Assembly (NCBI GenBank): GCA_004366205.1
Contig: SIRW01000054.1
Location: forward strand, 7,990-71,989
From: Actinomycetota bacterium
GTDB taxonomy: Bacteria > Actinomycetota > Acidimicrobiia > Acidimicrobiales > CADCSY01
Direction of reading: 5' to 3'
DNA length: 64,000 nt
The translations under genes were made by a program, and so were the position numbers. Numbering within the stretch: position 1 is the first letter of the stretch; the number at the start of each line of letters is the position of its first letter. This document shows positions 28,347 through 36,988 of this stretch, piece after piece. The notes under the pieces are model-generated. The model searched no databases. It saw only the letters and a program-made list of their open reading frames with translations, and was not told where the DNA came from.

Positions 28347-30655
28347 TCGGCGGATCCGGTGCCCGCCGCCGCCGGCCCGCTCGCGGGCGTGGGCGGCTCG
28401 CCCGCCCTGACGATCGCCCGCCACACGCGCTCGGGGGTGGCCGGCATGTCGAGGTGGCGCACGCCGAAGGGCGCCAGGGCGTCGACGACCGCGCTCTGCA
28501 CCGCGGGCGTGGCCCCGATCGTGCCCGACTCGCCGATGCCCTTGGCGCCCAGCGGGTTGACGGGCGTGGGGGTCTCCATGGGCACGACCTCGAAGGACGG
28601 CAGCTCGGCGGCGGACGGGAAGGCGTAGTCGGCCAGGTTGGCGGTGACGGGGTTGCCGTCGCCGTCGTAGCGGACCTCCTCCCACAGCGCCTGGGCCACG
28701 CCCTGGGCGATGCCGCCGTGGCGCTGGCCCTCGACGAGCAGGGGGTTGAGGATGCGGCCGGCGTCGTCGACCGTGACGATCCGCTCCAGCGTGACCTTGC
28801 CGGTCTCGGTGTCGACGGCGACGACGGCGACGTGGGCGCCGAAGGGGAACGTGGGGCTGGCGGCGTCGAACCGGGCGTCCTCGGCGAGGCCGTCCTCCCC
28901 CGCCGCCGCGGCGACGTCGGCCCAGGTGGCCGTCGCCGTGGGGGTGCCGGCCACGTGCCAGTGCCCGGCGTCGGTGTCGAGCACGAGGTCGTCGGGGTTG
29001 GCCTCGAGCACCTCGGCGGCGAGCTCCCGGGCGCGGTCGACGACCTTGCCGGCGGCCTCGTGGACGGCCACGCCGCCGAGCTGCAGCGAGCGCGAGCCCA
29101 TGGTGCCCTCACCCCTGGGCACCAGGTCGGTGTCGCCGTGGATGACCTCGATGCGGTCCAGGGGGATGCCGAGGCGGTCGGCCACGATCATCGCCCACGC
29201 GGTGTGGTGGCCCTGCCCGTGCGGGGAGGTGCCCGTGTAGACGACGGCCGAGCCGTCGGGCCGCACCTCGACCCGGGCGTCCTCGCCGCTCGGGGTGGGG
29301 CCGGCGGTGACCTCGACGTAGGTGGACACGCCGATGCCGAGCTGCACCCGCTCGCCCGCCTGGCGGCGGCGGGCCTGCTCGGCCCGCAGGTCGTCGTAGC
29401 CGGCGGCGGCCAGCGCCGTGTCGAGGGCGGTGCGGTAGTCGCCGCTGTCGTAGGTGGTGCCGACCGGCGTGGTGTACGGGAAGGCGTCGGGCGCGACGAG
29501 GTTGCGGCGCCGCACCTCGGCGGGGTCCATGCCGATCTCGGCGGCGAACAGGTCCATGGCCCGCTCGATGGCGGCGGCGGCCTCGGGCCGTCCGGCTCCG
29601 CGGTAGGCCATGGTGGGTGTGGTGTTGGTGACGACGCTGCGGGTGTCGCACTCGGCGCGGGGGATGGCGTAGGTGCCCGTCGTCATGAGCCGCGTCATGT
29701 AGGGCAGGACGGCGCCCAGCTTCGGGTAGGCGCCGGCGTCGGCCAGGACCTCGAGCCGGTAGGCCTCGACGGTGCCGTCGCGCCGGCCGCCGATGGTGAC
29801 GCGCTGCACCTGGCCCCGGCCGTGGCCCATGTTGAGCATGCTCTCGGTGCGGGTCTCGACCCAGCGCACCGGGCGACCCATCCGCTTCGCCAGCCAGCCG
29901 AGGAGGATCTCCTCGGTGTAGATGCCGATCTTGGCGCCGAAGCCGCCCCCGACGTCGGGCGCCACGACGCGGACCTGGCCCTCGTCGAGGCCGAGGCGGG
30001 CGACCACGGCGTCGCGGGCGCCCTGGGCGTTCTGGGTGGAGGTCCAGATCGTGAGCCGGCCGTCGTCGCCCCACGCCGCTGCCGTGGCCCGCACCTCGAG
30101 CGGGCACGGCGCGACCCGCTGGTTGACCAGCCGCTCGCTGACGACCACCTCGCAGCCCTCGAACAGCGCCTCGTCGCGCCCGAAGGCGAGCTCGAGCGCC
30201 ACGTTGGTGCCCACGTCGGGGAACAGGAGGGTGTCGCCGGCGAGGGCGGCCTCGGGGTCGACGACGGCGGGCAGGGGCTCGTAGTCGGGCCACACGAGCT
30301 CGGCGGCGTCGGCGCCCTGCGCGGCGGTGTCGGTGAGCACGACCGCCACCGGCTCGCCCACGTAGCGCACGGTGTCAACCGCGAGCCACGGCCGCAGCAT
30401 CTGCTGGTTCAGGATCGGGGTCTCCGGTGGGGCGGGCTCGAGGTCGACGTCGGCCCCGGTGACCACGGCGACGACCCCGTGCGCCCGCTCGGCCTCGGAG
30501 GTGTCGATCGAGGCGATTCGGGCGTGGGCGATCGTGGCGCGCACGAACGTGGCGTGCAGCGCCCCCTCGAGCTCCGGCACCCGCAGGCCGGCGACGTAGG
30601 TCCCGCCTCCGGTGAGGAACCTCGGGTCCTCGGTGCGGACGACCCGCGTGCCCAT
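28343..30655 (-). CDS. molybdopterin-binding large subunit, xanthine dehydrogenase/CoxL family (form-II type, orphan copy 2)
   Basis: ATG at 30655 (alternative GTG at 30664). [10 protein letters not shown] and [11 protein letters not shown] are present. By eye it is clearly the closest paralog of the 16550..18811 protein along its whole length. Confidence 0.85.
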   Translation of the reverse strand: MGTRVVRTEDPRFLTGGGTYVAGLRVPELEGALHATFVRATIAHARIASIDTSEAERAHGVVAVVTGADVDLEPAPPETPILNQQMLRPWLAVDTVRYVGEPVAVVLTDTAAQGADAAELVWPDYEPLPAVVDPEAALAGDTLLFPDVGTNVALELAFGRDEALFEGCEVVVSERLVNQRVAPCPLEVRATAAAWGDDGRLTIWTSTQNAQGARDAVVARLGLDEGQVRVVAPDVGGGFGAKIGIYTEEILLGWLAKRMGRPVRWVETRTESMLNMGHGRGQVQRVTIGGRRDGTVEAYRLEVLADAGAYPKLGAVLPYMTRLMTTGTYAIPRAECDTRSVVTNTTPTMAYRGAGRPEAAAAIERAMDLFAAEIGMDPAEVRRRNLVAPDAFPYTTPVGTTYDSGDYRTALDTALAAAGYDDLRAEQARRRQAGERVQLGIGVSTYVEVTAGPTPSGEDARVEVRPDGSAVVYTGTSPHGQGHHTAWAMIVADRLGIPLDRIEVIHGDTDLVPRGEGTMGSRSLQLGGVAVHEAAGKVVDRARELAAEVLEANPDDLVLDTDAGHWHVAGTPTATATWADVAAAAGEDGLAEDARFDAASPTFPFGAHVAVVAVDTETGKVTLERIVTVDDAGRILNPLLVEGQRHGGIAQGVAQALWEEVRYDGDGNPVTANLADYAFPSAAELPSFEVVPMETPTPVNPLGAKGIGESGTIGATPAVQSAVVDALAPFGVRHLDMPATPERVWRAIVRAGEPPTPASGPAAAGTGSAE

Positions 30656-30749
30656 GACGCTCACTGCCAACCCCCGTCTGCTCGCGGCCGGACGTGACTG
30701 GCGGGTCAGGCTAGCGGCCGCCCGCGGGGCGCCGGCACGGGCGGCGGGC

Positions 30750-31583
30750 TCACGCGGGCACGAAGGCGACCTGGAAGTCCACCGGGGCGTCGGGCCCGGG
30801 CACGAGCGCCCAGCCGGCCATGGCGGCGGGCTCTCCGAGCGGCGCCAGGTCGAACGTCCACCGGCCGGCGTCGCGGACCCCGGCGACGCAGTCGTCGCCG
30901 TCCCACTGGGGCGCGTCCGACCACGGCATCGCCTCCTCCTCCTGCCAGGTCGGGTCCAGGATGCGACAGAGGACGACCGAGGGATCACCGCTGAACGCCC
31001 GCTCACCCTCGGCGTCCTCGAGCAGCTCGAGCACCGTGCCGTCGCCGGACAGCCGCACGAAGCTGACCTTGTCGGCCTGCCCGACGCGGTTGCCCACGGG
31101 CATGGTGCCCTCGGGGACGCCCACGTGGGCGAACGGCGTGCCGCCCGTCCGGGCCGCCCAGCCGTACCCCGCCACCGACAGGGTGCCGCCGGAGCCCTCG
31201 CCGTCACCGGGCGTGAACCCGGCGGGCGGCGCCGCCGGCGGTGGACGGTCGGCCGGCGGCGGGGCCGCCACCGGCCCCGGAGCCGGCCCCGTCCCGGGGG
31301 CGGGGCGGGGGGCGGGCTGCAGCACGGGCACCTGCGGTTCGTCGGCGGCGAAGCCGGGCGGGGCCGTCACGCCGCCGTCGCCTCCGACGTCGCCCTCGCC
31401 GTTCCAGTCGGCACCCGGGGCGCCGCCTTGCCACGTGCCGAACGCCGCCTCGCGAGCGGGACGGTCCGGAGCCGGGAACACCGCCACGATGCCGAGGATG
31501 GCGACGACCGTGGCGGCCACGGGCCAGTAGCGCACCAGCCCGCGGCCGACGTCCCCGAGCGTGACCTGTGAAATTCCGCTCAT
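30750..31583 (-). CDS. membrane-anchored hypothetical protein with Pro-rich linker
   Basis: ATG at 31583 (MSGISQVTLGDVGRGLVRYWPVAATVVAILGIVAV = one TM). A Pro/Ala/Gly-rich spacer is followed by an acidic domain of about 130 aa of unknown family. The track ORF extends to 31664. Confidence 0.5.
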   Translation of the reverse strand: MSGISQVTLGDVGRGLVRYWPVAATVVAILGIVAVFPAPDRPAREAAFGTWQGGAPGADWNGEGDVGGDGGVTAPPGFAADEPQVPVLQPAPRPAPGTGPAPGPVAAPPPADRPPPAAPPAGFTPGDGEGSGGTLSVAGYGWAARTGGTPFAHVGVPEGTMPVGNRVGQADKVSFVRLSGDGTVLELLEDAEGERAFSGDPSVVLCRILDPTWQEEEAMPWSDAPQWDGDDCVAGVRDAGRWTFDLAPLGEPAAMAGWALVPGPDAPVDFQVAFVPA

Positions 31584-31670
31584 AGCGGGAGGATTCGACG
31601 CCCGAACCGAGAAGTCCTGACCCGGCGGTCGATTTTTTCCCAGCATCTCGATTCGGGGGTCCACGGGGTC

Positions 31671-33893
31671 GTGACCGACACAGCCGAGCGCAGGCCCGTC
31701 GAGGGCGGGCGGACGTCACCCGTCGACGACCCGCGCGCCCGCAACGCCGCCACCGGCATCGCCGCCGCGCTGTTCGGCTACTGGGTGCTGCAGTGGCTGT
31801 GGCCCGCTCCCATCGGTGTCCTCGTCCAGGGCGTGGTGATCGGCGGGCTCACCGCCCTCATCGCCTTCGGCGTCGCCCTGGTGTACCGGGCCAACCGCAT
31901 CGTGAACTTCGCCGCCGGCGACCTCGGCGCCCTCCCCGCGGCGCTGGCGGTGCTGCTGATCGTCGGCCCGGGGCTGCCCTACTTCCTCGCCCTGCCGGCC
32001 GGCCTGGTCGCCGCGGTGGTGCTCGGTGCGGTGGTCGAGTTCCTCCTGATCCGGCGGTTCTTCCACTCCCCCCGCCTCGTGCTCACGGTGGTCACGATCG
32101 GTCTCGCCCTGCTGCTCGGCGTGCTGGGCACGCTGCTGCCCCAGGCCTTCGACATCCGCACACCGCCGCAGAGCTTCCCGTCGCCGTTCGACTTCTCGTT
32201 CTCGATCGGTCGCACGGTCTTCCACGGCAACGACGTGATCGCCATGCTGGCCGTGCCCGTGCTGATCGTCGGGCTCGGCGCCTTCTTCCGGTACACCAAC
32301 ATCGGCATCGCCGTGCGGGCGAGCGCCGAAAGCCCCGACCGGGCGTCGCTGCTGGGCGTGCCGGTGAAGCGCATCGAGACGATCGTGTGGGTCCTCGCCG
32401 CCGTGCTCGCCTTCGTCGCCGTCTTCCTGCGGGCCGGCATCGTCGGCCTGCCCTTCGGCCAGCTCCTCGGGCCGGCGATCCTCGTGCGCACCCTGGCCGC
32501 GGCGGTGATCGGCCGCCTCGAGAAGCTGCCGCACATCCTGGCCGCGTCGATCGCCCTGGGCATCCTCGAGGCGTCGATCCTGTTCCACACCGGCCGGGCG
32601 GCGCTGGTCGACCCCATCCTGTTCGTCGTCATCCTGGGCGCCCTCCTGCTCCAGCGCAGGAAGCGCACGGCGCGCGGCGACGAGACCTCCGCCTGGCAGG
32701 CGGCACGCGACGTGCGGCCCGTGCCGCGCGAGCTCGCCCACCTGCCCGAGGTCCGCTGGGGTCGCCGGGCGCTGCTCGGCGCCGTGGGCCTGTTCGCCGT
32801 CTCGCTGCCCCTCTGGCTGCCCGACGGGCGCCTGAACCTGGCCGGGGTGATCGTGCTGCTCTCCATCGTGGGCATCTCGCTCGTGGTCCTCACGGGCTGG
32901 GCCGGCCAGGTCAGCCTGGGCCAGATCGCCTTCTTCGGCATCGGCGCCGCCGTGGCCGGCTACCTGACGTCGGCGCAGGGCTGGGAGCTGTCGCTGGCCG
33001 TGCTCGCCGCGGGCCTGGCCGGGGCCGCGGCGGCCATGGCCATCGGCCTGCCGGCGCTGCGCATCCAGGGCCTGTACCTGGCCGTGGTCACGCTCGCGTT
33101 CGCCCTCATGACCTCGTCGTACCTGCTCGACCGCGAGTTCATCCACTGGCTCCCCGCCGGTCGCATCGAGCGCCCGCTGCTGTTCGGGCGCGTGGCGCTC
33201 GACACCGAGGCCCGCTTCTACTACCTGTGCCTCGCCGCGCTCGTGCTGGCCGTGGCGGCCGTCCACGGCCTGCGCCGCAGCCGCACGGGGCGGGTGCTCA
33301 TCGGCGTGCGCGAGAACGAGCGGGCGGCGCAGTCCTACGGCGTGAGCCCGGTCACGGCCAAGCTCACGGCCTTCGCCATCTCGGGGTTCCTCGCGGCGTT
33401 CGCGGGCGGCCTGTTCGTCCACCACCAGCAGGCGCTCGGCATCCAGCCCTACGGCGTGGGCCGCAGCTTCGCCATCTTCATCATGGTGGTCGTCGGCGGG
33501 CTGGGTTCGATCACCGGCGGGATCCTCGGGGTCGTGTTCATCGAGGGCACCCAGTACTTCCGGGCGATCTTCCCCGAGACGATCCGCAACGTGCTGGGGC
33601 TGCTCACGAGCTCGGTCGGGGTCATCCTGATCCTCCTGGTGATGCCCGGCGGCCTCGCCGGCGCCGTCTACGACCTGCGCGATCGCCTGCTGCGCCAGCT
33701 CGCCCGGCGGCGCGGCATCCTCGTGCCCAGCCTGGTCGCCGACATGCGCGCCGAGAGCACCGCCGGCGTCACCCTCGAGGCCCCCGGCCCGGACCGGCCA
33801 CCACCGGAGGTCGACGCCCGCGCGGTCGAGGAGGCCGCGTTCGCCCCGCCCGACGAGACCGTCGGCACGACCGCAGGGAGAGGAACGCCGTGA
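31671..33893 (+). CDS. fused LivH/LivM-type branched-chain amino acid ABC transporter permease
   Basis: 740-aa ORF. The N-half shows a LivH pattern (LVYRANRIVNFAAGD) and the C-half a LivM pattern (GWAGQVSLGQIAFFGIGA). GTG start. Confidence 0.8.
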   Translation: MTDTAERRPVEGGRTSPVDDPRARNAATGIAAALFGYWVLQWLWPAPIGVLVQGVVIGGLTALIAFGVALVYRANRIVNFAAGDLGALPAALAVLLIVGPGLPYFLALPAGLVAAVVLGAVVEFLLIRRFFHSPRLVLTVVTIGLALLLGVLGTLLPQAFDIRTPPQSFPSPFDFSFSIGRTVFHGNDVIAMLAVPVLIVGLGAFFRYTNIGIAVRASAESPDRASLLGVPVKRIETIVWVLAAVLAFVAVFLRAGIVGLPFGQLLGPAILVRTLAAAVIGRLEKLPHILAASIALGILEASILFHTGRAALVDPILFVVILGALLLQRRKRTARGDETSAWQAARDVRPVPRELAHLPEVRWGRRALLGAVGLFAVSLPLWLPDGRLNLAGVIVLLSIVGISLVVLTGWAGQVSLGQIAFFGIGAAVAGYLTSAQGWELSLAVLAAGLAGAAAAMAIGLPALRIQGLYLAVVTLAFALMTSSYLLDREFIHWLPAGRIERPLLFGRVALDTEARFYYLCLAALVLAVAAVHGLRRSRTGRVLIGVRENERAAQSYGVSPVTAKLTAFAISGFLAAFAGGLFVHHQQALGIQPYGVGRSFAIFIMVVVGGLGSITGGILGVVFIEGTQYFRAIFPETIRNVLGLLTSSVGVILILLVMPGGLAGAVYDLRDRLLRQLARRRGILVPSLVADMRAESTAGVTLEAPGPDRPPPEVDARAVEEAAFAPPDETVGTTAGRGTP

Positions 33894-36800
33894 GCGACAC
33901 CGCACGCGCGACCCCGGCGCGCCGGTCCTGGCTGGCCGGCATCACGGGCGGGGCCCCGGCGGCGCCGCTGCTGCTGCTGTTCGGCCTCAACGCCGTCGAC
34001 GAGCTGGACCGCTCGGCGTTCGGCGTCCTCGTGCCCGAGATCCGCGACGCCTTCGAGCTCGACAACGAGGGCATCTTCACCGTCATCGCCCTCGTCGCCG
34101 TGGCCGCCCTCGCCGGCCAGGTGCTCATCGGCTATTTCGCCGACAGGTTCTCGCGGGTGCGGATCGCCGTGCTCGGTGCCTCGACCTGGGGCGCGTTCAC
34201 CTTGTTCACCGGGCTGGTTCCCGCCGTCGCCCTGCTGGTGGTCGTGCGGGCCTTCACGGCCGTGGGCCGCGCCGTCAACGGGCCCACCCACAACTCGCTC
34301 CTCGCCGACTACTACCCGCCCGAGGTGCGCACCAAGGTGTACGGCTTCCACCGGGTGGCCGAGTCCGTCGGCCAGTTCGTCGGCCCGCTCGCCGGCGGCG
34401 GGCTGGCCCTGGCCATCGGCACCTGGCGGGCGCCGTTCCTCGTCTTCTGGGTGCCGACGGCCGTGCTCGTCATCCTGGCGCTGGCCATGCTGCGCGACCC
34501 GGTCCGGGGAGGCCACGAGCGGCGGGCCATGGGCGCCTCCGACGACGCCGTCGAGACCGAGGAGGCCGCGCCCTCCCTCGGCGAAGCGTGGCGGATCTGC
34601 TACCAGGTCCGGACGCTTCGCCGCATCTGGTACTCGCTGCCGTTCCTGGCCGGCGCCTTCGTGGGGCTGGGCGCCGTGTACGCCGTCTACTACGACGACC
34701 TGTTCGGCCTCAACGAGCTCCAGCGGGGCATGGTCGCGGCGGTCACCGAGCCATTCCAGATCGTTGGGGTCTTCGTCGGGATCCCGATCGCCACCCGCTT
34801 GGCGCTCCGCAGCCCCGGCCTGGTCCTCAAGTTCATCGCCGTGGTGGGCGTGCTCGTCGCCGCGGCCATCACCCTGTTCGCCTTCGCACCCAGCCTGCCG
34901 CTGGCGATCGCCGCCAACATCCTGATCGCCGCGCCGCTCGCCGTCGTGGTGCCGGGCATCTACGCCGTGCTGTCGATGGCGATCCCGCCCCGGGCGCGGG
35001 CCCTCGGGTTCGCCATCGGGTCGCTCTACGTCATCCCCGGACTGGCGATCCTGCCGATCATCGGCGGCCTCGCCGACGACGTCGGCATCCGCACCGCGGT
35101 GCTGTTCCTCGTCCCGATCTTCGGCATCGGCGCCGCCCTCATCGCCTCCGCCGGCGCCTTCGTCGACGCCGACATCCACAAGGTCCGCACCTCCACCGTC
35201 GCCCAGTCCGAGGTGCGCGCCGCCCGGCTGCGCGGCGAGTCGAAGCTCCTGCTGGTGCGGGACCTCGACGTCAGCTACGGCCAGGTGCAGGTGCTGTTCG
35301 GCGTGAACTTCGAGATCGACGAGGGCGAGATCGTGGCCCTGCTCGGCACGAACGGCGCCGGCAAGTCCACCCTGCTGCGGGCGATCTCCGGGCTGGTCGA
35401 GCCCTCCGCGGGCGCCGTGGTGTTCGACGGGGCCGACATGACCTACGCCACCCCGCCCGAGATCGCGGCGCGCGGCGTCGTGCAGGTGCCCGGCGGCAAG
35501 GGCGTGTTCCCGGGCCTGACGGTCGCCGAGAACCTGAAGATCGCCGGGTGGCTCTACCAGCGCGAGCACGACTACCTGAAGCAGGCGACCGAGCAGGTCC
35601 TCGAGTACTTCCCGGTGCTGCGCGAGCGCTGGGACCAGCCTGCCGGCAACCTCTCGGGCGGCGAGCAGCAGATGCTCACCCTCGGCCAGGCGTTCATCGC
35701 CCGCCCCCGCCTCTTGATGATCGACGAGCTGTCGCTGGGGCTGGCCCCGACCATCGTGGAGCAGCTGCTCGGGATCGTGCGGGCCATCCGGGAGCGGGGC
35801 ACCACGATCATCCTCGTCGAGCAGTCCGTGAACGTGGCGCTGACGATCGCCGAGACCGCCTACTTCATGGAGAAGGGCGAGATCCGCTTCAACGGCCCGA
35901 CCAGCGAGCTGCTGGAGCGCCCCGACATCCTGCGCTCGGTGTTCCTCGAGGGCGCCGGCGCCGTCCTCGGTGGTGACGCCGGGGGCGACGGCAACGGTGA
36001 CCGGCGCGGCGGTGGGCGGGGGCCACGAGCGGTGCCCGCCCGGGCACGCCGCAGCCCGGCCGACAGCAACGGCGCGCCCCCGCCGCTGCAGGTGCGGGGC
36101 ATCGGTCGCAGCTTCGGCGGCGTGCGCGCCGTGCACGACGTGACCTTCGAGCTCGGACGGGGCGAGATCCTCGGGATCATCGGACCGAACGGCGCGGGCA
36201 AGACCACGCTGTTCGACCTCATCAGCGGCTACCTCGTGCCCGACGCCGGCACCGTCCTGCTGAACGGCGAGGACGTCACGCCGCTGACGGCCCACGGCCG
36301 GGCCCTGCTCGGCCTCGGCCGCTCGTTCCAGGACGCCCGCCTGTTCCCCGCCCTGAGCGTGGCCGAGACCATCGCCCTGGCCCTCGAGCGCCGGGCCGAG
36401 GTGCGCGACCCCGTCGCCGCCGCCCTGCGGTTGCCGGCGGTCCTCGACGCCGAGGCCCGGATCACCGAGCGGGTGGACGAGCTCATCGAGCTCATGGGCC
36501 TCGGGGCGTTCGCCGACAAGTTCGTGTCCGAGCTGTCGACCGGCAGCCGGCGCATCGTCGACCTGGCCTGCGTGCTCGCTCACGAGCCCGACGTGATCCT
36601 CTTCGACGAGCCGTCGTCGGGCATCGCCCAGCGCGAGACCGAGGCGCTCGGTCCCCTTCTCGAGCGCATCCGCGACCACACCGGCGCCAGCCTGCTCGTC
36701 ATCGAGCACGACATGCCGCTCATCACGTCGATCTCGGACCGGATGCTCGCGCTCGAGCTCGGCCAGCTCGTCGTCGAGGGCGACCCCCGCGAGGTGATCG

Positions 36801-36988
36801 AGCACCCGCGGGTCGTGGCGTCCTACCTGGGCACCAGCGACGACGTCATCTTCCGCTCCGGGGACCGAACGGGCAGCCCGGCGCCGGCCCCGGCCCGTGC
36901 CGGTACGACCGGCAGCGCCAGCAGCACGGCCCGCAGGCGACGCCAGCCGCTGCGGGCCCGTTCCACCACCGACAAGGGGGTTCGCTGA
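33890..36988 (+). CDS. MFS-domain / LivF-like ATPase / LivG-like ATPase fusion protein
   Basis: GTG at 33890 forms a GTGA overlap, with a GGGAGAGG Shine-Dalgarno sequence upstream. There is no in-frame stop for 1032 codons. MFS motifs GYFADRFSRVRI and RAFTAVGRAVNGP are present. ABC 1 has GTNGAGKST/LSGGEQQML and ABC 2 has GPNGAGKTT/LSTGSRRIV/ASYLG. Confidence 0.8.
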   Translation: MSDTARATPARRSWLAGITGGAPAAPLLLLFGLNAVDELDRSAFGVLVPEIRDAFELDNEGIFTVIALVAVAALAGQVLIGYFADRFSRVRIAVLGASTWGAFTLFTGLVPAVALLVVVRAFTAVGRAVNGPTHNSLLADYYPPEVRTKVYGFHRVAESVGQFVGPLAGGGLALAIGTWRAPFLVFWVPTAVLVILALAMLRDPVRGGHERRAMGASDDAVETEEAAPSLGEAWRICYQVRTLRRIWYSLPFLAGAFVGLGAVYAVYYDDLFGLNELQRGMVAAVTEPFQIVGVFVGIPIATRLALRSPGLVLKFIAVVGVLVAAAITLFAFAPSLPLAIAANILIAAPLAVVVPGIYAVLSMAIPPRARALGFAIGSLYVIPGLAILPIIGGLADDVGIRTAVLFLVPIFGIGAALIASAGAFVDADIHKVRTSTVAQSEVRAARLRGESKLLLVRDLDVSYGQVQVLFGVNFEIDEGEIVALLGTNGAGKSTLLRAISGLVEPSAGAVVFDGADMTYATPPEIAARGVVQVPGGKGVFPGLTVAENLKIAGWLYQREHDYLKQATEQVLEYFPVLRERWDQPAGNLSGGEQQMLTLGQAFIARPRLLMIDELSLGLAPTIVEQLLGIVRAIRERGTTIILVEQSVNVALTIAETAYFMEKGEIRFNGPTSELLERPDILRSVFLEGAGAVLGGDAGGDGNGDRRGGGRGPRAVPARARRSPADSNGAPPPLQVRGIGRSFGGVRAVHDVTFELGRGEILGIIGPNGAGKTTLFDLISGYLVPDAGTVLLNGEDVTPLTAHGRALLGLGRSFQDARLFPALSVAETIALALERRAEVRDPVAAALRLPAVLDAEARITERVDELIELMGLGAFADKFVSELSTGSRRIVDLACVLAHEPDVILFDEPSSGIAQRETEALGPLLERIRDHTGASLLVIEHDMPLITSISDRMLALELGQLVVEGDPREVIEHPRVVASYLGTSDDVIFRSGDRTGSPAPAPARAGTTGSASSTARRRRQPLRARSTTDKGVR

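Noticed and set aside
31591-31659. GATTCGACG and TCGATTCGGGGG in the divergent promoter region of the Liv-like operon, which resemble the 12-mer unit of the 13.9-kb array.
   Set aside because: CGATTCG is expected about three times per strand by chance in 64 kb at this composition. It also occurs inside coding regions (for example near 3184, 30526 and 46110). That is too weak to claim a shared operator.
31793-33889. The first 699 codons of the 1731-aa track ORF 31793..36988.
   Set aside because: This part overlaps the LivH/LivM permease in another frame and translates to Arg/Pro-rich nonsense. The real gene starts at the GTG at 33890, with a Shine-Dalgarno sequence and a GTGA overlap.
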